A stretch of DNA of 64,000 bases from Felis catus (lineage: Eukaryota). The position numbers and the translations under genes were made by a program. The DNA is taken from assembly GCF_018350175.1 (NCBI RefSeq), contig NC_058369.1, positions 11,658,001 through 11,722,000 on the forward strand. Reading direction: 5' to 3'. The notes under the pieces were generated by a model. The model was not told where the DNA came from. It ran no database searches and saw only the letters and a list, made by a program, of their open reading frames with translations. Positions 39,871-64,000 of the stretch are shown piece after piece (position 1 is the stretch's first letter; every line of letters starts with the position of its first letter).

Positions 39871-39918
39871 AAGAGGAGGGAAGAGGAGGCTGTGTGGATA
39901 AGCTGCCGTGGTCTGAAG
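39871..39918 (+). other. Probable non-coding exon 1 of copy 2
   Basis: Matches copy 1. Confidence 0.6.
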
Positions 39919-40284
39919 GTACCTGGCTGGGGGTCTTGATCCTGGGTAGCAAAGGATGCTGCCCAAGGGTGGGGTGACTCCAGAGAGCCGCTGGGAGCAG
40001 AGTGGCTATTGGTGGGTGGTTAGCTACCTCTCTGTGTCTCTGTCCTTCTTTTTCTCCCTCTCACTCACTCTGCCTCTCCCTCTGGAATTGTCTAGGTCCT
40101 CCTCCCCTCTCTGAATCACCATTTGCCCAGTGCTGAGCACTCATCATGCCTACCCCTGTCTGTCCCTGCCCCTCTCATCCCGGTGTGGGGGAGGGGCTCT
40201 CCCTCTGTTCCTGAAGAGTCCAGAGAGCTCACCCTTGGGCCCATTTCCTCGGCCTCAGGAAAATCTGTCCCCTCTGCCTCCAGG

Positions 40285-54138
<13,854 letters not shown>

Positions 54139-55819
54139 CCCGCCAGCTCCTCCTGGCTTGGGATCCACCCCGACCCTACACACGCCCCCTGGTGGATTCC
54201 CAGGACTAGTACTTGGTGGTCTCCTCTGCCCAAGCGCCACTGACAGCCAGCAGGGGGCGCTCGGGACCTGCGGGAACGCAGTGGGAGGGCGAGGGCGAGA
54301 GGTGGGGTGGAGGGGAGGCTGGTGTATGAACACAAGACCCTGGCAGCCTTTCCAGCTGACCACGGCCCCCCCACTCCCCCCGCCATGCTGATTGCGGGTT
54401 CTCCCACAGCCCAATAAGGGCTTTTATCCTGTAGGCAATAGGGTGCCATAGGAGGTGTTTGAGTAGGAGAGGGACCACCGTTAGAGACTGACTGAGGGGC
54501 ATGTTTGAAACTCAGGGTCACAGTGGAGAACCCATAGTGCCACTACTCTCTGGTCACTCTGACCTCTGTTCCTATCTAAGATACCCAAACTTTTCTTACC
54601 CCAGAATTCTTCACTATGTTTCCATGGTCACTATGTTCACTGAAACAAACATAGATGCTTTCTCCTGTGTGTCTGATCATTGCAATCATTGTATCCACTA
54701 TGTGGTCTGTTGTTTTTGCTAATTTTCACTGGTAGGGTTAGTGGTCTCGTGTGCCTGTTTATCTTTGCTTGAGTATCCGTTATCATATTTGAAATAACAT
54801 GTGTAGAATTTGGAGAAGGTAGCTTTCTCTAGGAGGCATTCTTCGAGCCTTGCTGGTCAAGGATGATGTTAAATGGAGTTCAAGGCTTGTGGTGCCAAGA
54901 TCACCAAGACAGTTTAAATTCCAGCAGAGGTCACACTTGCAGTCCCCTCTACCGGTGTGTTCTCCCCCTGAGCAGTGTAGTTCCTGGAGGCTTCCACCTA
55001 TGCAAGGAGGACCTTCTTACAACTTTTCTTTCCCATGTCACTCTAGGCTTTGATTTTTCTCCCCTGGTCGTGAGGCTGTCAAAACAGTTTCACACTTCCC
55101 TGACTGGCTTCAGCGCAAAAGTATAATTCATGCTCCTTAACTCCAGGTTTCTTTTTTCTTTTCTTTTTTGTAATGTTTATTTATTTTTGACAAAGAGAGA
55201 GAGACAGAGCATAAGCGGGGGAGGGCCAGACAGAGGGGGAGACACAGAATCTGAAACAGGCTCCAGGCTCTGAGCTGTCAGCACAGAGCCTGATGGGGGC
55301 TCGAACTCACAGATCGTGAGATCATGACCTGAGACGAAGTCAGATGCTCTACTGACTGAGCCACCCAGGGGACCCCAGGCTCCTTTTTTCATTTGAGTGG
55401 CATCTTTGTTACAATTTTTTCCCCACATTTATTCATTGCTGAGAGACAGAGAGAGACAGAGCACAAGCGGGGGACGGGCAGAGAAAAGGGAGACAGAATT
55501 GGAAGCAGGCTCCAGGCTCTGAGCTGTCAGCAGAGCCCGATGCAAGGCTTGAACTCACGAGCTGTGAGATCATGACCTGAGCCGAAGTCGGACGCCCAAC
55601 TGACTGAGCCACCCAGGTGTCCTTTGAGTGTCATCTTTGTAATTCTTTACTGTCTTTTCAGGTCATTTATGCATTTAAGAAATTGGAAAAGGGGGCACCT
55701 GGGTGGCTCAGTTGGTTAGGCGTCCGACTCTTGGTTTTGGCTCAGGTTGTGGTCTCACAGTTTTGTGGGTTTGAGGGTTGCATGGGGCTCTGTGCTGGCA
55801 ACGTGGAGCCTGCTTGGGA

Positions 55820-55852
<33 letters not shown>

Positions 55853-56116
55853 CCCGTCCCCCACTTGCACTGTCTCTGTCTCTCTCAAATAAATCAGTAA
55901 ACTTAAAAAAAAGTAATTGGAAAAGTATCCAGCTGTGAGAGTTGTGTTTTTTATTTTTTTTATTTTTATTTTTATTTTTTTTAAACAAGACAAAGTGTTT
56001 CAACGTTTATTTATTTTGGGACAGAGAGAGACAGAGCATGAACGGGTGAGGGGCAGAGAGAGAGGGAGACACAGATTCGGATGTCCGTTGATGGATGAAT
56101 GGATAGGGAAGATATG

Positions 56117-56169
<53 letters not shown>

Positions 56170-56658
56170 ATGGAGCATTACTCAGCAATCAAAAAGAATG
56201 AAATCTTGCCATTTGCAACTACGTGGATGGAACTGGAGGGTATTATGCTAAGTGAAATTAATCAGTCGGACAAAGACAAATATCATATGACTTCACTCAT
56301 ATGAGGACTTTAAGAAACAAAACAGGTGAACATAACAGAGGGGAAACAAAAATAATATAAAAACAGGGAGGGGGACAAAACAGAAGAGACTCTTAAATAG
56401 GGAGAACAAACTGAGGGTTACTAGAGGGGTTGTGGTTGGGGGGATGGGCTAAACGGGTAAGGGGCACTAAGGAATCTACTCCTGAAATCATTGTCGCACC
56501 ATATGCGAACTAATTTGAACAAAAATTATAAAGATGAAAATAATGTTTAAATCAAAAGAAAAAGAAAAAAAGGAAGATACAGTTAGTTCTGAATATCCAT
56601 AGTTGTTACCTCTGAGTAATTCAAGGGCCTTTGATGCCAAGCTGGCCTTGAAGCTAGG

Positions 56659-56692
<34 letters not shown>

Positions 56693-57830
56693 GTCTAAAG
56701 AGGCATGATCCGGACTTCTTTTTGCTTACGTGTTTCAAGAGGTGGAGGTCACGAGGGTCCCAATGGAGAAAAGACGGTGGGGGGTGGGGGGTGGGAGTGG
56801 AAGGGCCTCCTTCAGCACCTGGGACAGCGGCCGCTCCAGGACTCCCTCCTCTCAAGCTGTAGGAGTACTTGCCCTGGGCTACTGAGTTCCAGGGCCTCAA
56901 AACCTTTCTGGGCCCACAGATGGGGGGCCCAGGAGGCCTAGTGACTGCAAAATAAGAAGGGAACATTGCAACCTTAAATGAATAAATATTTAGTATATTC
57001 TAAGCTGAAAATAACATGTTTTACTTGCCGAGTTCTTAACTAAAATTACTTTTCCCATTGGGGTGCCTGAGTGGCTCAGTGGGTTAATCGTCCAACTCTT
57101 GGTTTCTGCTTAGGTCATGATCTCAAGGTTCGTGGGTTCGAGCCCCATGTTGGGGTCTGCACTGACAGCGCGGAGCCTGCTTGGGATTCTCTCTCCTTCT
57201 TCCTCTGCCCGCCCCCCTCCCCGCACACCCAATAAATAAATAAACCAAAATTTTCTTTTCATATTCCCAAAATGATACATCTGGGTTTTTTTTTGAAAGA
57301 AAGCACCAGTGGAGTGAGAGGCAGACGGATGGGGAGAGCGAACCCACGTAGCTTGATCTCACTACCCTGGGACCATGACCTGAGGTGAAATCAAGAGTCA
57401 GATACTCCTGGGGCGTCTGGGTGGTTCAGTCGGTTAAGCATCTGACTTCAGCTCAGGCCACCTTCTCACGGTTCATGATATCAAGCCCCACATTGGGCTC
57501 TGTGTTAATAGCACAGTGCCCGCACTTCAGATCCTTTGTCCACCCCACCCCCGCCCTTCCCCTGCTTCCATTCTCTCTCTGTCTCTCTCAAAATAAATAA
57601 GTAAACTTAAAATAATTAGTCCTAAAAAAAAAGAGTCAAAGGCTCAATTGACTGAGCCACCCAGGTGCCCCAAAATAATACATCTTCCTAGAAGAAAACA
57701 CCAAGAAGAAAAAGTAAGAAATAAAAATCACTTTTATATCCATAATTCCAACAAGTCAAAATAATCCCTTCATATTTTCTCACGTATACTTCCACTTGTA
57801 TTCGTATGTAATGTTATGCATTAAAAATTA

Positions 57831-60800
57831 TATTTACATCTAAAATGTGCATTTACATTTACACATCATCTTCTGTGTAAAAATGCTCTTTTATTGTCTA
57901 ATAAGTGCATGACAAGATGGACAACATCATTAGACCTTAGGGAAATGCAAACCAATGCAAAGCTTCCATTAAAATTGTCCTTGTCAAGAAATTTTTGGCT
58001 ATTCTAAGTCTTTTGCAATTTCATGTAAATTTTATAATCAGCTTATCTATTTCTACAAAAAGTCCTGCTGGGATTAGGGTTGTGATTTCTTCAAATCTAT
58101 AAATCAATTTGCAGAGACTTACTATCTTAGCAAGGTGGAGTCTTTCAATCCATGAATATTGCTTCTCTCTCCATGAATTTGGGCCTTCTTGGGTTTCTTC
58201 CACAAGTGTTTTCAAATTTTCTTCATAGAAATCTGGAACACATTTTGTTAGATTTATACCTCAGTTTTTCACTTTTTCTGGTGCATAATACTTTAAAATG
58301 GGTATATGAAAATATTGTTCCGATTGTTTATTGCTTCTATCCAGCAGACTTGGCGTTCTTTTTCTGCAAAGGACCATATGGGAAACATTTTAGGCTTTGC
58401 ACATCCCATTCAGGATCTCCTCTTCCTCTTGCCCCTCTTCTCCGTTTACAATGGTCTTATTTTTGAGAGAGGGAGAGACAGAGACAGAGACAGAGGCAGA
58501 GTGTGATTGGGGGAGGGGCAGAGAGGGAGAGGGAGACACGCAATCTGAAGCAGGTTCCAGGCTCTGAGCTGTCAGCACAGAGCCTGATGCAGGGCTTGAA
58601 CTCACAGACCGTGAGATCATGACCTGAGCAAAGTCGGACGTTGAACCGACTGAGCCACCCAGGTGCCCCCTACAGTCCTCTTAAAATATAAAAACACCTC
58701 TTAGCTTATAGACCATACGAAAACAGGCCACAGGCCAGATTGGTCCATGGACCATAGTTTTCTAATCCCTGGAATATAGAAGTAGAATTTCTATGTTTTA
58801 TATTCTAGGTAGAATATCTTCTGTATACTTTTTTGTCTATTGATCTTGTATCCTGAACTCTATTAGGTAATTCCCATTGGAACACAGAAAATGTGGTTGT
58901 TTCCTCAGTCTTAAAAAGTCCCTTCCCTTGACCCACTTTCCCACTGATGAACCATTTCTTCCCTCCACCATGCAGCTAACTCCTCCAAAGAGTGAGCTCT
59001 ACTTGTGTTCAATGTCTCCTCTTGCACTACAAACAGGCTTTGAGTTTCTGCTAAGGACTGAGATGGTGAATTAATGAGAGAGGGAGGAGGAGAGGCATGA
59101 AGCCCATCGATCCCAGGACTCTGCTGCACCTGTGTATATTGATTCTAAAGGACAGGAGCCTGCTGTCACTCACTGCTGTGGGTGTCTTTCTTTCTTGGGT
59201 GTGTGGGCGACGCCCTCTGCTGGAATTTTTGGGGACAACAGGCTCTGGCCTGGCCTCTGGTCTCCATTAATTCAACATGTGTGTGAGTGTGTCTGTGTCT
59301 AAGTGTATGTGTGACTGTGTGTGCGTTCGTGCTACTGTGTGTATGCATGTGCGAGGGTGTGAGTATGTGAGTGTATCCACGTAATTGGGTGCATGGATGG
59401 GAACATGTGTGTAAATCTGTGTGCATGTGTGTTTGTGTGTGCACAATGAGTGTGCGTGTGTAAGCGTGCCACTGTGTGCATGCGTGGATGCATTGGTGTG
59501 TGTGTGTAAAGGTGTGACTGTGTGTATCTTGAAGTCGCTAAACCCTGTAATGGGCAGGGACCTTAAGTGGTTAAATAAGGGTGACTGGAAGACGGAGCCC
59601 TTTACAAAGCTATGGGCAGGGCCAAGGGAAACCGTGGAGGCTAGTGCAGCGCCCTGGGGCTAGCATCAGCTGAGAGCCGCCACCACTGCCAGGTTGATGG
59701 GCCCAAAGAGTAGCTATTTCTGGAATCCAGAGAGCTTAACTGTCGTGGAGAGTGGAGGTAGCCTTCGGCAGAGAATGGACGCCATTTCTCTAATCTCCTC
59801 GGATTGTCTGCAGGTGCCCACCACTGACCCAACGCCATATTCTCATTTGACCCCAAGAGGCTGTAGGGAGGTGGCCAAAGACTCCTGTGGTAGCCCAGTG
59901 TCTTGAGCTGGGTTGGTGTCCACTCCACATGTCTCCGCAGAGGGGGGTTCAACAGTTCCTCTGCACCAGGGTGGCTCCCTTGTCTGCTGGCTAAGCAGAC
60001 ATCAGAATGGGAGGGGGGCAAAGTCCTGCCTGTTCCCTTGCAGGCCCTTCTGGTTTTGTTTTTGTTTTTCTGTGATGTCCTTGGGGCCCCCCTCCTTGGC
60101 TTTTGCATGAGAAATAGCCTTTTACCCTCCAGGGATGATCTCTGTTGATGGCAACCCCCACTGATGGAGTGGTGGGGGTGGTCTGACTACTTTCCAGAGC
60201 TGGCACCACCCCAAAAGTCCTGTGCAGGGGAAGTTGATGCAGCTATTTGGGGCCCCAGGACTTTCCTGAAGTTTCCCTTCAGCCTTCTTTTTCCAAAGCC
60301 AGCTTCTTTGCTCTCCTGGTCCTTCTGCCAAGAAGCTGGAAACTCCAGCTTATGGGTCTGGCCCTTGACATGCTTTGGGGGCTGGTTGGGTTTCCTGATC
60401 TTTATTATGGCGACTGAAATGGAACAACCGTTTCCAGCTTGAGTGTTGGGCCACATTTCACCACCGTGGATCTCCCTACAGGGCTGGTTCCTGCTTCCCT
60501 CCCGGATGGATACTGAGGGAAATTGCCTCTATTGTCTTTGTTTACCTCAGCATGTCTGAGGAAGGAAGGAGGAATGACAGAGTTTTCAAGCCATTTGATT
60601 ACCTCACTGTGTGCCGGGTGTTTACAGTCCTGCTGTGGCTTTAGGGGCAAAGAGCGATCGTTATTCACTGTTCGCTCTTCCATGTCACTCAAGTTTCTGC
60701 TCAGAGGTCAACTCCACAGGGCAGCCCTCCGATGGCCTCCTTGCTCACTTGCTGGTTCTCATTCTGTTAATTTCCTTCATTACCACCCCACCATCTGACT

Positions 60801-63800
60801 TGGTCTTGTTTCCCATCAGCTTCCCCCATCAGACATGAGCACCACCATCCGGAGACCTTATCTGTTTTGTTCATCCTGGGTCTCGGGTTCAAGCACCATG
60901 TCTGGCATAGAGTCTCTGGTACAGTTTTGTTGTTGTTGTTGTTGAAGAACAAACTACCTTGGAGGTGTAAGTCCCCCTTTCCATCTTACTGAGGAGGGCA
61001 TGAGGCACGGAGAGGACAAGTGATTTGTCCACGGTCACACAGCCAGCGAGGAGCAGGGCTGGGATCCGAGCTCTGTTGGGCTGAATCCGGAACCTGTTCC
61101 TTCCCAAAGGCCGAGGAAAGGAAAAGAGAGACTCCAGCCACCAGGCAGCCTCCCTGCTTGGTGTAGAGGGACCCCAGGCTGACTCCTGGGAGAGGTGTCT
61201 TCATGGTGTCACAAAAGACGAACTGCTCACCTGTTCAGTGCACCAACCATGGGCCCCTTCCCCCACTGTGACAATCCTTGTTTCCTCTGAAATTTGTGTT
61301 TGTGTGATAAAAATTATAGCAGCACAGTGTGGGAGAGAGAAAGCGTGAGACAAGTAGCACGTGAGAAGAATCAAGACTCCACTTGTACTCTCTCCACTTC
61401 CACTGTGATGTGTGGATTCTTCTGGAATATTCTCAGTGCATATGCAAACGTGCACACACACACAGATCCACACACATATTCAGAAGCTTTAGCTGTCGAC
61501 GAGCTCATTACTCATATGCCAATTTTTTCATTGAGGTATGATCGGCATATAACATTATATTAGTTTCAGGTGCACAGCATGATCCCACATGTGTATATAT
61601 TGCAAAACGATCACCGCGAAAAGTCTAGTGAACACCCGTCTCCACACGTAGCTATAGACTGCTCTTTGTCTCGTGATGAGAGCTTTTAAGACCTACTCTC
61701 TTTGCAACTTTCAAATATACAATACAGTGTTATTAACTATGGTCACCATGCTTTGCATTGCATCCCTAGGACTGATTTATTTTATAACTAGAAATTTGTA
61801 CCTTTTGACCTCCTTCACCCGTTTCACCCATTGCCTACACCCTTCTGGCCACCAGCGGTGTGTTCTCTATTTCTATGAGTTCATTTTTTTAAAGAATACA
61901 TATAAGTGAGATCGTATGGTACTTGTTTTTCTCTGTTTGGTTTATTTCACTTAGCATAATGTCCTCAAGGTCCATCCGTCCTCCCATGTTGTCACAAATG
62001 GAAACATTTCCTTCGCATGTCACTTAGAAAGGTCCTTTCCCCTACTCTCCCTGATGGGTCAGATAGAATGCTTGCATTGACCTGTGACGTTTTACCAAGC
62101 CCACTTTACAGACATGAAGACTGAGGTTCAGAGGGGTGATAGGCTGTGCCCAAAGCTGGTGACTCACAGAGTGACTGCCACCTCTGGTCTGACACACACT
62201 TGTCCACTTCCCGGCTCTGGGTGTGGATGGGGGTTGATGTCCTGGGAGGGGTCAACCTTTGCCTTTCTGTGTGTTTCTGGGGGCCATTGCATAAGCCAGG
62301 CTTGTGTCATTTGGCAGCTGAGACATTCCTTGTTGGATGAGAAACCACTGGGGACGCTCTGATCCTTCTCTGGCTCAGAGCAGAATGTCCACACCTGAGG
62401 CTTCCTGCCTCAAGAGTCAGGGGGAGTCCCGGTCTAATAGACTCTGCCTTCTTGATCACTGGGGGTTGTTGGTTGGGGTATGGGGGTTGACCTCTGGGGG
62501 GGTCAACCTCTGCCTTTCTGTGTGTGGCTCGGGGCCATTGCCCAGAGGCCCTGTGTGGTTTTAGTCCTTGTGATGGCTCATCAAAGTTCAACACGTACTT
62601 ATAGCTTCCGTATGGGGCCGGATTTTGCCAGCTGCCTTGGCCTTGGTCACTTGTGTGATCTTGCATGTGTGTGCTGTTAGCTCCCGTGTCAAACGAACAA
62701 CAAGCCACCTGCCTTTTTGTGCAGCATGGGTATCCTGCCCCACGCCTGCCCCTGGTGACTCTCCCTCTTCCTCCAGGTCTCTGCTCGCCCTGATGCCAGG
62801 CTGAAGGTGGGACCCTCCCCCTGGCACGTCCCTTATCACGGTCTGTTATGTTCTTGATCATTTACTGGGTCACCGCCCATCTCCCACCGGAAGCGAGGCC
62901 TTTGACAGTGGAGTCTGTGTTCACTGCTGCATCCCCGGTGCCTAAAATTGTGTGTCCCCCACACAACAGATGGTCAGTAGACACGTGGTTGTGTGAACAA
63001 CCCCTGGAGATTTAGATTCTTTTTCTCCTTACGTTGTGACTGAAACAAAACAAGATAAAACTGGGAATCAGAGAAGTGAAGCCTTTCCCCTCCCCACTTT
63101 CTCTGCAGAACCTGGACTCAGAGGTCTTAAAGCAACATTTCTTAAAGCTTGAAGGCATGTATACTTTTCCTGAGGATCTACTTAGACGCAGTTTGGTGTC
63201 AGTATTTCTGGGCCAAGGTGCGAGATGCTGTATCTCCCGCAAGCTCTCAGGTGATGCCTACGGTGGAGGTCTGAGGACCACACTGAGTAACCGATCCTTA
63301 GAACTCATGGCTGCAAACCTTTCTTTCATCCCCAGATATTTAACGAGCACGTACTATGTTCTAGGCTCTGCTGCCGTCTGTGCTGTGATATTCACCTCAT
63401 TAGCTGTGGGGCTGTAGCAATTGCCTCACCTGTCTCAATCTCTGGTTCCTCCTCTGTCAAAACGGGCTCGTGAATTGTGGGGCTGTTGGATAATTGCACC
63501 ACCACAACAGCAGCGAGAACAGTGACTGGCATGTATTAAGCCCGCCCTCCTTGTGTCCTATGTGTTTTACGTGCGTCGGCTTTTAAAATTATTCCTGCTA
63601 TCTTAGGAGGTGGCGCTAGCAAAATGCCCATCTGCAGAGGGGAAGGAGCATGGCTGAGACGGTCAGGGCGCCTAGTGGGAAGTGAGGGTTGCCCCGGTGC
63701 CCAGGCTGGCTCCACCGGCTGTGTGACTTGGGACAGCTGTATAATAGGGAGAAAAACGTGGATAATGTATCTACAGGGCTTAAAACGGGATCGTGGCTCA

Positions 63801-64000
63801 TGTGGACAAATGCCATTCCTGCTGTAGCTGCCTGCCCATTCCTGGCACACAGTAGGTGCACAGTGAGCTGAGCCACTCTAGGCACTGGGTGCTCTTTCTC
63901 TTGTGTGTCCAGGATTCTGCCTGGATCATTGTACTCTGATCTTGCCTCCTGGCCCTGATATGGATAGGCCTGCCAGCAGGGGAGGGCTGCCTCCATGGAG
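57831..64000 (+). repeat. Third paralogous copy of the CYP4F upstream intergenic region, clearly diverged after ~61650
   Basis: Colinear with ~5830-11990 at offset ~52010. Confidence 0.9.

Overview
Mammalian, most likely felid, genomic DNA: it carries many tRNA-derived CAN-SINE/SINEC_Fc elements plus L1, MER and LTR-like fragments. The window is part of a tandem cytochrome P450 CYP4F cluster, all on the + strand. It holds the last two coding exons of one CYP4F gene (153-787), then two complete, apparently intact and coding-identical CYP4F genes (12 coding exons, 522 aa; ATG 14276 to TGA 28136 and ATG 40285 to TGA 54138), then the upstream region of a probable fourth paralogue beyond the right edge. 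The two complete genes lie in a near-perfect ~26.0 kb tandem duplication. Its junction (~31.8-35 kb) is a chimera of the two flanking intergenic paralogues, which points to unequal crossover. Notable points: the enzyme has Gly instead of the heme-linking I-helix Glu; it keeps a decayed CYP4F2/CYP4F3B-type mutually exclusive exon as a potential poison exon; a SINE retrotransposition-associated ~1.46 kb deletion distinguishes the paralogues; and the upstream region has an ER6 nuclear-receptor element and a 34-bp degenerate minisatellite. Nearly all ORFs in the supplied track are spurious (repeat, antisense or intronic). Comparisons with human and rodent CYP4F proteins are from memory, not from a search, and repeat edges are approximate.
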